A DNA stretch of 43,697 nt. Source: Flavobacteriales bacterium. Its GTDB lineage: Bacteria > Bacteroidota > Bacteroidia > Flavobacteriales_D > Sanyastnellaceae. This document shows positions 28,175 through 37,534 of this stretch, piece after piece. The notes under the pieces were generated by a model, which was not told the DNA's origin, did not search any database, and saw only the letters and a list, made by a program, of their open reading frames with translations. The stretch lies in assembly GCA_042089975.1 (NCBI GenBank), contig JBELJW010000002.1, positions 1 through 43,697 of the forward strand, read 5' to 3'. Position 1 is the stretch's first letter. The number at the start of each line of letters is the position of its first letter. The position numbers were made by a program, and so were the translations under genes.

Positions 28175-31100
28175 TCAAACTTTTGTCACTTGAGCCCAAA
28201 CCAAGACACTGTCTTCGAGCTGCAAAGATTCCCCCGCTTCTTCCTCTGTCCATGTCACTTCAGACGCGAGCGTTTCAGTTCGAATATAGTCCAAATTGGC
28301 CTCAAGTGAACTGCGAATTTCCGAAGCGGCAGAAAGCGCAAGCGAAATGCGGTCAGCAATGTCCAAACCACCGTCTTTGCGCAGGTTTTGGACCCGGTTG
28401 ACCAATTCACGTGCCAAACCCTCCGACCGAAGTTCTTCGTCCAAGGTCACATCCAAGGCCACCGTCACGCCACCCTCGCTCGACACCAAACACCCTGGGA
28501 TGTCTTCTGTTTGGACCGCAATGTGCTCCGTGGTCAGGGTGATTTCTCCTTGGCCATCTCCTGGGTCAAGGGCAAGGGAGCCATTGCGCTCAAGGGCTGA
28601 GACTTCTGCCGACGAAAGCGCACCAATGGCGGCGGCCACAGCCTTCATACGGGGGCCCATGGCCCTCCCCAAGGCCTTGAAGTCGGCCTTCGCCCGCTTC
28701 ACAAAGGCACTGTCGTCCCGGAGCATTTCCACTTCCTTGACATTGACCTCGCTCCGGATCAGGTCCGACATGGCCTCCAAATGATGGGCGGTTTGGTCGT
28801 CCAAGACCGGCACCATGATTTTGCGCAAAGGTTGGCGGACGCGGATTTTTTCCCGCTTCCGAAGGCTCAACACTTGGGAAGACAACTGGCGGGCCAAGGA
28901 CATCCTCGCCTCAAGCGCTTCGTCCCTTTGTGCGCCGTCGGGGACTGGGAAAGTCGCCAAGTGAACCGAATCCTGGGAACCCGTGACGTCCCGGAACAAG
29001 CGATCCATGTAGAACGGCGCAATGGGGGAGGCCAGGACCGCGACAGTGCGCAAGCAAGTGACCAAGGTTTGGTACGCGCTCTGTTTGTCGGCATTCATGT
29101 CGCCGCGCCAAAAACGACGGCGGCTCAAGCGCACATGCCAATTGCTCAAATCGTCCACCACAAACTCCTGGATGGCGCGGCCTGCTCGCGTGGGCTCCAA
29201 TGCTTCAAAAGCGGCGTCCACCTCCGTCACAAGACCTTGCAAACGGCTGGCAATCCATCGGTCGATTTCCGGTCGGTCGGCGTAAGGAATCGCATTTTCT
29301 CCTCCTTGGTAGCCATCCGCACCCGCATAGAGCGCAAGGAAATTGTAGGTGTTGTGCAACGTTCCAAAAAATTTGCGCTGCACCTCCCCGATCCCTGCCA
29401 CATCGAACTTCAAGTTGTCCCAAGGCTGGGCATTGGTGATCATGTACCACCTTGTGGCATCGGGGCCATAGGTGGACAAGGTCTCGAAAGGGTCCACCGC
29501 ATTGCCCAGACGTTTGGACATTTTTTGACCCGATTTGTCCAAGACCAACCCATTCGACACCACGCGTTTGTATGCCACTTGGTCGAACACCATCGTCGAA
29601 ATGGCGTGCAAGGTGTAAAACCAACCGCGGGTTTGGTCGACCCCTTCTGCAATGAAGTCTGCGGGGTAAGCCCCGCCTGCATCCACCTTCTCCTTGTTCT
29701 CAAAAGGATAATGCCATTGGGCGTATGGCATGCTCCCGCTGTCAAACCAGACGTCGATCAAGTCCGCTTCTCGCTTCATGGGGCGGCCATCCGAAGACAC
29801 CAAGACAATGCCGTCCACGACATGCTTGTGCAGGTCCACCTGTTCGTAGTTCTCGTCAGACATGTCGCCAGCCTTGAACCCGGACAAAGGATGGTCCGAC
29901 ATGATGCCAGCAGCCACAGCTTCGTCGCAGGCGCGCTGCAACTCCTCCACCGAACCAATGCACCTTTCTTCCGACCCATCTTCTGTCCGCCAAATGGGCA
30001 ATGGAATGCCCCAGAAACGCGAACGGCTCAAATTCCAATCGTTGACATTTTCCAGCCACTTGCCAAACCTGCCCGTTCCAGTGCTTTCAGGCTTCCAGGT
30101 GATGGTGTCGTTCAAGGCCATCATCCGCTCCTTCGCATCCGTGGCGCGAACGAACCACGAATCGAGTGGATAGTAAAGGATGGGCTTGTCGGTGCGCCAG
30201 CAATGGGGATAGCTGTGCTCGTACTTTTCCACCTTGAAGGCCTGGCCACGTTCCTTCAAAAGAATGGCAATCTCCACGTCAAGTGGTTTGGTGTCCTCCT
30301 TCGCGTCGACATCAAATTCCTCTTTCACGTGTCGTCCTGCAAATGGACCGACACGAAAACGTCCTTGAAGGTCCACCAAAGGCACCCCATGCCCGTGCCC
30401 ATCGTCCACGAGCATTGCCGGCACTCCAGCATCCTTGGCCACGCGGGCATCGTCGGCACCAAACGTCGGAGCCGTGTGGACCATGCCCGTGCCGTCCTCT
30501 GTGGTGACAAAATCCCCAGGTATGACTTGAAAGGCAGCCTCCACATTCTCCATGGGGGTCGCCCAGTCGAACAAGGGTTCATAGCGCATGCCCACCAAAT
30601 CGGATCCTTTCACGGTCCCCACCACTTCGTGGTCCGGGGCCTTCTTGTCGCCCCACTGTTGGGCGACCAAGGCCTCTGCGAGCACCACAAATCCGGGCGC
30701 TTCAGTGTAGCGGTTGGTGGTGCGCACCACCGCGTAGGGAATGTCAGGACCCACCGTCAATGCCGTGTTGGAAGGCAAGGTCCATGGGGTCGTCGTCCAA
30801 GCCAAAAAGTCCAAAGGCTCCTCCGTTCCCGTGCATCCCACGAGTTGGAGCACCTTTTCCCGTGCGGCGGCTGTGGCGCGGAATTGCGCCACGACGGTGG
30901 TGTCCTTGACGTCCCGGTAAGTGCCCGGCTGATTGAGCTCATGAGAGCTCAATCCGGTCCCTGCCATGGGGCTGTATGGTTGAATCGTATAGCCTTTGTA
31001 AAGCTTGCCCTTTTGGTGCAATTGGGCCAAAAGCCACCACACCGATTCCATGTACTTGGTCTGGTAGGTGACGTAAGGGGCTTCCATGTCCACCCAGTAC

Positions 31101-31522
31101 CCCATTTGACGGGTCAGTTCGTTCCACTCCGAGGTGTAACGCATGACGGTTTTGCGGCATGCATCGTTGTACTCCTCGACCGTGAGTTTGGTCCCGATGT
31201 CTTCTTTGGTGATCCCCAATTCCTTTTCCACCCCCAACTCGACAGGCAAGCCATGGGTGTCCCAGCCAGCCTTGCGTTCCACCCGGTGGCCTTTGAGGGT
31301 TTGGAAACGACAGAAAATGTCCTTGATGGCCCGTGCCATCACATGGTGAATGCCGGGTTTGCCATTCGCCGAGGGCGGGCCCTCAAAGAAGACGTAAGGC
31401 TTGTCCGCAGGGCGTGAGTCGACGCTCTTTTGGAAGGTTTGCTCACGGTCCCAAATCTCAAGCCACTCCTCGGTCAAGGAGGGCAAATGAAGGGGGCCGC
31501 GTTCCGGAAATTTCAACGCCAT
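28175..31522 (-). CDS. ileS: Isoleucine--tRNA ligase
   Basis: The protein is 1115 aa. The HIGH-type block reads PPSANGKPGIHHVMAR, the KMSKS block reads KMSKRLGN, and a CP1 editing domain is present. Confidence 0.97.
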   Translation of the reverse strand: MALKFPERGPLHLPSLTEEWLEIWDREQTFQKSVDSRPADKPYVFFEGPPSANGKPGIHHVMARAIKDIFCRFQTLKGHRVERKAGWDTHGLPVELGVEKELGITKEDIGTKLTVEEYNDACRKTVMRYTSEWNELTRQMGYWVDMEAPYVTYQTKYMESVWWLLAQLHQKGKLYKGYTIQPYSPMAGTGLSSHELNQPGTYRDVKDTTVVAQFRATAAAREKVLQLVGCTGTEEPLDFLAWTTTPWTLPSNTALTVGPDIPYAVVRTTNRYTEAPGFVVLAEALVAQQWGDKKAPDHEVVGTVKGSDLVGMRYEPLFDWATPMENVEAAFQVIPGDFVTTEDGTGMVHTAPTFGADDARVAKDAGVPAMLVDDGHGHGVPLVDLQGRFRVGPFAGRHVKEEFDVDAKEDTKPLDVEIAILLKERGQAFKVEKYEHSYPHCWRTDKPILYYPLDSWFVRATDAKERMMALNDTITWKPESTGTGRFGKWLENVNDWNLSRSRFWGIPLPIWRTEDGSEERCIGSVEELQRACDEAVAAGIMSDHPLSGFKAGDMSDENYEQVDLHKHVVDGIVLVSSDGRPMKREADLIDVWFDSGSMPYAQWHYPFENKEKVDAGGAYPADFIAEGVDQTRGWFYTLHAISTMVFDQVAYKRVVSNGLVLDKSGQKMSKRLGNAVDPFETLSTYGPDATRWYMITNAQPWDNLKFDVAGIGEVQRKFFGTLHNTYNFLALYAGADGYQGGENAIPYADRPEIDRWIASRLQGLVTEVDAAFEALEPTRAGRAIQEFVVDDLSNWHVRLSRRRFWRGDMNADKQSAYQTLVTCLRTVAVLASPIAPFYMDRLFRDVTGSQDSVHLATFPVPDGAQRDEALEARMSLARQLSSQVLSLRKREKIRVRQPLRKIMVPVLDDQTAHHLEAMSDLIRSEVNVKEVEMLRDDSAFVKRAKADFKALGRAMGPRMKAVAAAIGALSSAEVSALERNGSLALDPGDGQGEITLTTEHIAVQTEDIPGCLVSSEGGVTVALDVTLDEELRSEGLARELVNRVQNLRKDGGLDIADRISLALSAASEIRSSLEANLDYIRTETLASEVTWTEEEAGESLQLEDSVLVWAQVTKV

Positions 31523-31570
31523 GGGAAGGAGTGTCGGTGATCAATCTAAACTGTTGCACCACGGTCAAGC

Positions 31571-31587
31571 CGCGGGCTACGCCCGCG
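31571..31587 (-). terminator. Weak hairpin downstream of pyk (CGCGGGC-tac-GCCCGCG)
   Basis: A 7-bp GC stem with a 3-nt loop sits in the 85-bp pyk-ileS gap. No U-tract follows on the minus strand, so its function is uncertain. Confidence 0.25.
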
Positions 31588-31607
31588 AAGATAACCCACT
31601 CCCGGTG

Positions 31608-33047
31608 TCAGACTCGGCTGAGTTTGACCATGTTCGTCATTCCTGCATCTGCAATGGGCATGGAAGCGAGGTGGATCACAAAGTCCCCCTCCTTCACCTT
31701 TCTCCCCTTGTAAAGGATGTACTTGATGTCGGCAATGGTGTGGTCGGTGCTCACCATCTTGGAATAAGGCATGGCAAAGACGCCCCAGACCAAGCTCATT
31801 TGGCTCAACACGCGTCGGTTCGCAGTGAACATGTAAATCTTCGCCTTGGGCCTTTGGCTGCTGACCTGAATGGCCGTGTATCCCGAGAAGGTCATGGTCA
31901 CGATGGCCGCAGCATTGACGCGTCGGGCCAAACGGCATGCGTTGTAGCACATGCTGTCGGAAATGAACCGTTCGTCGTCAGGGTGCAAAGGAGGACGCTC
32001 GCCGTATTCCACCTTGCCGTGGGCCTCAATGTTCTCAATGACTTGACGCATGGCGCGAACGGCATTCAGTGGGTATTTGCCCACGCTCGTTTCGCCGCTC
32101 AGCATGACAGCGTCGGCACCGTCAATCACGGCATTGGCGACATCGTTGACTTCTGCCCTCGTCGGGGTGGCCGACTCGATCATGCTCTCCAGCATCTGGG
32201 TCGCGACAATGACGGGGCGGCTTTTGTCCAAGCACTTTGTGACAATCTCTTTCTGCAAGAGTGGCACTTCCTGCATGGGCATTTCCACGCCAAGGTCTCC
32301 CCGGGCCACCATGACCGCATCTGTGGCGTCAATGATGGCATCGATGTCCTCAATCGCTTCGGGCTTTTCAATTTTGGCAATCACCTTGGCATGCTTTCCT
32401 GCTGCCGCAATTTTCTCCTTCAACTCTATGATGTCGGAGGCATGGCGGACGAAGGACAACCCCACCCAATCCACATCCTTGGAGAGTGCAAATTCGAGAT
32501 CCTCTGCATCCTTAGGGGTGATGCATGGCAAAGACACCTTGGTCTCGGGCAGATTCAGTCCCTTCCTTGGCCGCAGTGGACCACCGTGGACAATGTCGCA
32601 TCGCACCTCATCCTTTCCATTGGTCTCGGTGACCGTCAGGGCCAGTTTGCCATCGTCCATCAGCACCCTTTCGCCGGGTTGAACGTCGGCAGCGAACGCC
32701 TCATAGTCGGTGTACACCACGCCGTCTTTGCCCATGCCTGTGCCCACTTTGACAGTGAGCGTTTCGCCTGCTTCGAGCATCATCTCTCCCCCTTCGATGT
32801 CCCCCCCGCGAAGCTTGGGGCCTTGCACATCCGCAAGTACCGCGGTGCATGTCCCCAATTCCCCATCGATCCGGCGCACGGTGTCAATGGTGGTGCCATG
32901 GACCTCGTGGGAGCCATGTGAAAAATTGATGCGCGCCACATTGACCCCCTCAAGGATCAATTGTTGCAGGACTTCTTCGGAAGAAGTCGCCGGCCCGAGG
33001 GTGGCGACAATCTTCGTGCTTTTGGACACTGGTTGCTGTTGCGTCAT
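31608..33047 (-). CDS. pyk: Pyruvate kinase
   Basis: The sequence contains KSTKIVATLGPATSS, NVARINFSHGSH and MVARGDLGVE. I set the start at ATG 33047 (MTQQQPVSKSTKIVATLGP) rather than at the 44-codon upstream extension. Confidence 0.93.
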   Translation of the reverse strand: MTQQQPVSKSTKIVATLGPATSSEEVLQQLILEGVNVARINFSHGSHEVHGTTIDTVRRIDGELGTCTAVLADVQGPKLRGGDIEGGEMMLEAGETLTVKVGTGMGKDGVVYTDYEAFAADVQPGERVLMDDGKLALTVTETNGKDEVRCDIVHGGPLRPRKGLNLPETKVSLPCITPKDAEDLEFALSKDVDWVGLSFVRHASDIIELKEKIAAAGKHAKVIAKIEKPEAIEDIDAIIDATDAVMVARGDLGVEMPMQEVPLLQKEIVTKCLDKSRPVIVATQMLESMIESATPTRAEVNDVANAVIDGADAVMLSGETSVGKYPLNAVRAMRQVIENIEAHGKVEYGERPPLHPDDERFISDSMCYNACRLARRVNAAAIVTMTFSGYTAIQVSSQRPKAKIYMFTANRRVLSQMSLVWGVFAMPYSKMVSTDHTIADIKYILYKGRKVKEGDFVIHLASMPIADAGMTNMVKLSRV

Positions 33048-33153
33048 AAGGTGAGCGCGTAAGGTTGGCGAAGGTCGTTTCCTTCCACATGCAAAAATGG
33101 GTGGCGAAGTGGGTTCCACAATGGGGTCCCCCTCGAATTCCATGAACATTCTG

Positions 33154-33576
33154 TCATTCGAAAACCGAGAGGGGTTCAAGTGCCCCCGATGCCGTGGGAT
33201 CCAAAGTGGTCACGAACGATACTTCTGGCAGCTTTCTCAGCATGGCCATCACTTCGTGGGCCGCAAGCTCATGATGGTTGAACATGACCAAATAATCCAA
33301 ACGAGACGCCCCTTGCCCCTGGGCAAGCACTCCGCCTGGCATCCTGTTCAGGACAAGGGTGACGGCGACCCCCTCCTCTCGGTTCACGTAACGCATGGCG
33401 GGATGTTGCGTCTCTTCTGCCCCTTTGGGGTGGGTGACCACCACATCCGCTTCGCACGCCAAGGCCCAACCAAACGCACGGTTCAAGGACCATCCCAAAC
33501 GATGGCTTCCAAACGAGGAACTCAGGCCCAACAATTCATACTCTGGAACGTATTCCCACTCAAGCGTATGCTGCAT
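33154..33576 (-). CDS. IPExxxVDY family protein (Bacteroidota-specific, unknown function)
   Basis: The protein is 140 aa. The N-terminus reads ..YELLGLSSSFGSHRLGWSLNRAFG, with ..RLDYLVMF later. It sits between rnc and pyk, where this family is conserved. The recognition is from memory. Confidence 0.5.
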   Translation of the reverse strand: MQHTLEWEYVPEYELLGLSSSFGSHRLGWSLNRAFGWALACEADVVVTHPKGAEETQHPAMRYVNREEGVAVTLVLNRMPGGVLAQGQGASRLDYLVMFNHHELAAHEVMAMLRKLPEVSFVTTLDPTASGALEPLSVFE

Positions 33577-33579
33577 GAC

Positions 33580-34452
33580 CTATTCTTTGGACGGTGCTGG
33601 TCGCCTTCCACGGCCGCCTCGGCCACGCCTCCGATTTCCAGAGGGTTTCGTAGTTCTTGCCTTCTCCTCCCCACCCCCGCCGGACGCTTTCTCCTCGGAC
33701 GACTTTCGTCCTCTTCGCTGGGAGGCGTTGCGGCGGTCGTACACCTTTTTCCAGGCGCGCCTTGCCGCCTCCTGCTCGGCCAATTTCTTGCTGCGACCCA
33801 CCCCGACGCCCATCACCTCGTCATTGACCTTGGCCGCAATTTCATAACGGTCGTCGCCTGCTGAATCGTCGTCCCGCAGCACCTCAAAGGCCAAGTCCTT
33901 CTTGCGCTTTGTGGCCCAATGGTGCAGTTGGCTTTTGAAGTCACTCGTCTCGTTCACCTGCTCGTCCAGGCCATAGTGCTTCAACATGAGCAAAACAGCA
34001 CGCTGGGTCTTCTTGTACCCATGGTCCAAATAGATGGCCCCAATCAAGGCCTCAAGGGCATTGCCCACCATGGTGTCATGGATGTCCTCTCTGCGCATTT
34101 TGGCCCGAATCAAATGCTGCAACCCCATGTTTTTGCCGAGCAAATTCAAGTTCTTTCGGTTCACAATGCGGCTCTTTCGCTTCGTGAGCTCGCCCTCCTG
34201 GGCCTCTCTAAAATTGTGGTAGAGGTAATTGGCCATGGTCATGTCCAACACCACATCGCCCAGAAACTCCAGACGTTCGTTGCTCTTCAACCCTGTCTTG
34301 TCCCCATCCAGCATGGAACTGTGGGTACAGGCCTCGTCGTACACTTTTCTCTGACGGACACGGAGTCCAAACTCACGTCGCACCAAGGTGGAGATGTCGG
34401 TGTCAGGACCCGTTTGGGTGACCCGGTTCAGACGGGACCAAATACGAATCAT
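33580..34452 (-). CDS. rnc: Ribonuclease III with a 52-aa Arg/Gly-rich C-terminal extension
   Basis: The RNase III signature NERLEFLGDVVLD is present. The dsRBD reads ..VGVGRSKKLAEQEAARRAWKKV, followed by the tail DRRNASQRRGRKSS...GNRRRGRGGRGRRPAPSKE. The start overlaps the fabF stop (ATGA). It has the only TAG stop in the window. Confidence 0.9.
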   Translation of the reverse strand: MIRIWSRLNRVTQTGPDTDISTLVRREFGLRVRQRKVYDEACTHSSMLDGDKTGLKSNERLEFLGDVVLDMTMANYLYHNFREAQEGELTKRKSRIVNRKNLNLLGKNMGLQHLIRAKMRREDIHDTMVGNALEALIGAIYLDHGYKKTQRAVLLMLKHYGLDEQVNETSDFKSQLHHWATKRKKDLAFEVLRDDDSAGDDRYEIAAKVNDEVMGVGVGRSKKLAEQEAARRAWKKVYDRRNASQRRGRKSSEEKASGGGGEEKARTTKPSGNRRRGRGGRGRRPAPSKE

Positions 34453-35705
34453 GAAAGGGCTTTGAACACCACGGACGCGTTGTGACCGCCAAACCCAAAG
34501 GTGTTGCTCAAGGCTGCGCGGACTTCGCGCTTTTGGGCTTTGTTGAGGGTGAAATTCAACCGGTTGTCAAGGGCGTCGTCCACGTGCTCGTGGTTGATGG
34601 TGGGAGGCACCACTTGGTCCACAATGGACAGGATGCAAGCCATGGCCTCCACCGCTCCTGCGGCGCCAAGCAAGTGACCTGTCATGCTCTTGGTGGAGCT
34701 GATGTTCAGCTTGTAAGCGTCGTCGCCAAAGACTTGCTGGATGGCCTTGATTTCTGCCACATCGCCCAAGGGAGTGGATGTCCCGTGGACATTGACGTAG
34801 TCCACATCGGCCGAGGTCAATCCAGCATCCTCCAATGCGTTTTTCATCACGTTGCGCGCGCCAAAACCTTCCGGATGAGGCGCCGTGATGTGGTGTGCAT
34901 CGGCTGTCATGCCTCCACCCACCATTTCGCAATAAATTTTTGCCCCGCGCGCCCGGGCGTGCTCGAGGTCTTCCAAAATGATGCCACCGCCTCCCTCGCC
35001 CAGCACAAACCCGTCTCGGGTGGCGTCGAAGGGACGAGAGGCGTGGGCTGGATCATCGTTCCTTGTGGACAATGCCTTCAATGCGTTGAATCCTCCGATG
35101 CCGCCTTCTGTCACTGCAGCCTCTGAACCGCCTGTCACAATCACGTCCGCCTTCCCGAGACGGATGGTATTGAAGGCATCAATCAGGGCGTGCGTGGAAC
35201 TCGCACATGCGGAGACTGTGGCGTAATTGGGACCTCGAAGGTTGTTCCGAATGCTGATGTGTCCCGGCGCAATGTCGGTGATCAGCATGGGGATGAAGAA
35301 CGGTGAAAAGCGGGGGGTGCCGTCTCCTGTGTAAAAATTCCGCGCCTCGGTCATGAAGGTTTGGAACCCGCCAATGCCCGAGCCCCAGATGACCCCAGCC
35401 CGGTCCGGATCGAGGTTGCCCTCTTCCACGGAAAGTCCAGCATCGTTCAGGGCCATTTCCGCAGTGACCACTGCATATTGGGTGAAAAGGTCCATTTTGC
35501 GTGAATCCTTCCTGTGGATCCACTCTGACGCGTCGAAGCCCTTGACTTCGCAGGCGAACTGAGTTTTGAATTTGGACGCGTCAAACCGCGTGATGGGCGC
35601 TGCCCCGCTTGTTCCTTGAACAAGATTGGCCCAAAACGTAGACACATCGTTGCCCAAGGGCGTCAATGCGCCCAGGCCAGTGACCGCTACACGACGGAGT
35701 TCCAA
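34449..35705 (-). CDS. fabF: Beta-ketoacyl-ACP synthase II
   Basis: The N-terminus reads RRVAVTGLGALTPLGN. The active-site block is ATVSACASS, and HGTSTPLGD and GFGGHNASVVF complete the Cys-His-His triad context. The apparent start is TTG at 35705. Confidence 0.95.
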   Translation of the reverse strand: MELRRVAVTGLGALTPLGNDVSTFWANLVQGTSGAAPITRFDASKFKTQFACEVKGFDASEWIHRKDSRKMDLFTQYAVVTAEMALNDAGLSVEEGNLDPDRAGVIWGSGIGGFQTFMTEARNFYTGDGTPRFSPFFIPMLITDIAPGHISIRNNLRGPNYATVSACASSTHALIDAFNTIRLGKADVIVTGGSEAAVTEGGIGGFNALKALSTRNDDPAHASRPFDATRDGFVLGEGGGGIILEDLEHARARGAKIYCEMVGGGMTADAHHITAPHPEGFGARNVMKNALEDAGLTSADVDYVNVHGTSTPLGDVAEIKAIQQVFGDDAYKLNISSTKSMTGHLLGAAGAVEAMACILSIVDQVVPPTINHEHVDDALDNRLNFTLNKAQKREVRAALSNTFGFGGHNASVVFKALS

Positions 35706-35741
35706 AAGCTCAGAGATTGGTTGTTCCCGAAGACAACAGGC

Positions 35742-35978
35742 TTAGCCTACTGTCTTGGAGATGTAGTCCACTGCCTGACCCACCGTGCTGATCTTCTCTG
35801 CTTGGTCGTCTGGAATGGCGATGTTGAATTCCTTCTCGAACTCCATGATGAGCTCAACAGTGTCGAGAGAGTCAGCGCCCAAATCGTTGGTGAATGAAGC
35901 TTCAGTGGCGACTTCGCCTGCGTCAACGCCCAACTTGTCCACGATGATCGCGGTTACTTTTTCTTGGATATCAGACAT
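35742..35978 (-). CDS. acpP: Acyl carrier protein
   Basis: The protein is 78 aa with the [16 protein letters not shown] phosphopantetheine-attachment motif. Confidence 0.96.
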   Translation of the reverse strand: MSDIQEKVTAIIVDKLGVDAGEVATEASFTNDLGADSLDTVELIMEFEKEFNIAIPDDQAEKISTVGQAVDYISKTVG

Positions 35979-36068
35979 GATAAATAGTTGTATTCAGTGT
36001 GAATTCGGCCGCAAATTAACGGCCTCTCTCTCGGACCTGACAAGGAATTGGGAAACTTTTGAACGATT

Positions 36069-36767
36069 TCACAGGGATAACGGATTCCCATGGTACTCAA
36101 CAAGCACCTCCTCTCGGGACTTGCGGGTGAGGTCTGGAACCTTCGCCCCGGCAGCAGGCCAACCCACGGGGATGTTCAAATAGGCCCTTTCGTTGGCCGG
36201 TCGTCCGAGGGACTCTGAAAGAAAGCCCATGGGGGACGGAGTGTGGGTCAAGGCGACCAGCCCAATGCGATGCAAGGCTGTCAACAGCATGCCCACCGCG
36301 ATGCCCACGCTCTCGTTCACATAGTAGTTGGGCTTTTTTCCGGTTTCGTCTTTGGTGTCATGCACCTGCTTGAATACGACGATGAGGGCAGGGGCTTCTT
36401 CGATGAAGGGCTTCACATGGTCGGTGCCCAGAGGGCCCAAGTCCTCCAGCCACGTTTCGCTCATCCGACCATGGTAGTTCTTGAATTCTTCCTGTTCTGC
36501 AGCCTTCCGAATCTTCTTTCGCAGATCGGGGTCAGTGACCAGGCAAAATGTCCATGGTTGTTTGTGTGCGCCTGAAGGCGCTGTGCAAGCGGCATCGATG
36601 CAATGGCGGACAGCCTCCAAGGGAATGGGCTCCTGGGAAAACACACGCACGCTTCTCCGTGTCTCCAGCTCCTCCGCAAAGGCCTTGCTCTTGGCAATCA
36701 TCTCTTCCGCCGACAACCTTGGCAAGTCGTAGGGAATGAACCCATCGCCAGCGTCTTTCTCGGTCAT
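36069..36767 (-). CDS. Iodotyrosine deiodinase-like flavin-dependent dehalogenase (nitroreductase superfamily)
   Basis: From memory, the sequence tracks animal IYD closely. Matching segments are RRSVRVFSQEPIPLEAV..TAPSGAHKQPWTFCLV, EQEEFKNY...HVKPFIEEAPALIVVFKQVH...YYVNESVGIA, and ..PDLTRKSREEV. I chose the start at ATG 36767, which overlaps the stop of the upstream ABC ATPase gene (ATGA). Confidence 0.7.
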   Translation of the reverse strand: MTEKDAGDGFIPYDLPRLSAEEMIAKSKAFAEELETRRSVRVFSQEPIPLEAVRHCIDAACTAPSGAHKQPWTFCLVTDPDLRKKIRKAAEQEEFKNYHGRMSETWLEDLGPLGTDHVKPFIEEAPALIVVFKQVHDTKDETGKKPNYYVNESVGIAVGMLLTALHRIGLVALTHTPSPMGFLSESLGRPANERAYLNIPVGWPAAGAKVPDLTRKSREEVLVEYHGNPLSL

Positions 36768-37522
36768 GACGAAGTGGTCTGGCGGACTTTTTTCATCAGC
36801 TTCGAGGCAAAAATGAACGCCTCCAAGTCGGGGTTTTGGGCTTGGAGAAGGTCCTCGCTGGCCCCATGCCAAGCGATTTGGCCTTGGTGCACAAAGTGAA
36901 TGAAATCCGAGGCCTCCATGACGCTGTTCATGTCGTGCGAAACCACCACGGTGGTCATGTTGAATTCCTCGGTCAAATCGCCGATGAGGTTGTCAATGAC
37001 AATGGACGTCTGGGGGTCGAGTCCCGAATTGGGCTCGTCACAGAACAAATACCTTGGGTTCATGGCAATGGCACGTGCGATGCCTACGCGCTTCTGCATG
37101 CCACCGCTCAGTTCAGAAGGGAACTTCCCAGCCGCATTGGCCAGTTCCACGCGGGCCAAACAGACAGACGCCCGCTCCCGTTTTTCCTCCGCCGTCATGT
37201 CGCTGAACATCCTCAATGGAAAGGTGACGTTCTCTTCCACCGTCATGCTGTCGAACAAAGCACTGCCTTGAAACAGCATGCCGATCTCCTGGCGAACCTC
37301 CTTTCTCGCCACCCGGTCCATGGCCGTGAAATCTCGCCCATCATAGGTGACATGGCCTTGGTCTGGCTCGAGCAGTCCCACCGTGCATTTGGTCATCACA
37401 CTCTTGCCAGAACCACTCCTTCCAATGATGAAGTTGACCTTCCCGGGATGGAACGTGGCCGAGATGTCGCGCAAGATGTTTTGGTCCCCAAACGATTTCG
37501 ATACTTGATGGATCTGGATCAT
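36764..37522 (-). CDS. ABC transporter ATP-binding protein, MlaF-like
   Basis: Walker A is GRSGSGKS, the signature is LSGGMQKRVGIARA, and Walker B is LFCDEPNSGLD. It is paired with an MlaE-like permease. Confidence 0.85.
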   Translation of the reverse strand: MIQIHQVSKSFGDQNILRDISATFHPGKVNFIIGRSGSGKSVMTKCTVGLLEPDQGHVTYDGRDFTAMDRVARKEVRQEIGMLFQGSALFDSMTVEENVTFPLRMFSDMTAEEKRERASVCLARVELANAAGKFPSELSGGMQKRVGIARAIAMNPRYLFCDEPNSGLDPQTSIVIDNLIGDLTEEFNMTTVVVSHDMNSVMEASDFIHFVHQGQIAWHGASEDLLQAQNPDLEAFIFASKLMKKVRQTTSS

Positions 37523-37534
37523 GGAATGCGGGGA

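Noticed and set aside
28781-31417. An 878-codon stop-free ORF on the + strand, antisense to ileS. There are similar long antisense frames at 13397-15448 (opposite polA), 31521-32921 (pyk), 12179-13237 (polA/DUF2480), 36836-37918 (mlaF/mlaE-like), 39660-40658 (fumC), 10895-11782 (dxs) and 42687-43574 (DUF349).
   Set aside because: Their translations are low-complexity, His/Gly/Arg/Val-rich, and carry no recognisable motifs. Each lies exactly opposite a gene with unmistakable conserved motifs. Long antisense open frames are an expected by-product of GC-rich, codon-biased genes.
36007-36024. Hairpin GGCCG-caaattaa-CGGCC in the gap upstream of acpP. On the minus strand its loop reads TTAATTTG, which resembles a -7 box.
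   Set aside because: The stem is only 5 bp and has no U-tract. The loop sequence is one base short of TAnnTTTG spacing. I cannot support either a terminator or a promoter call.
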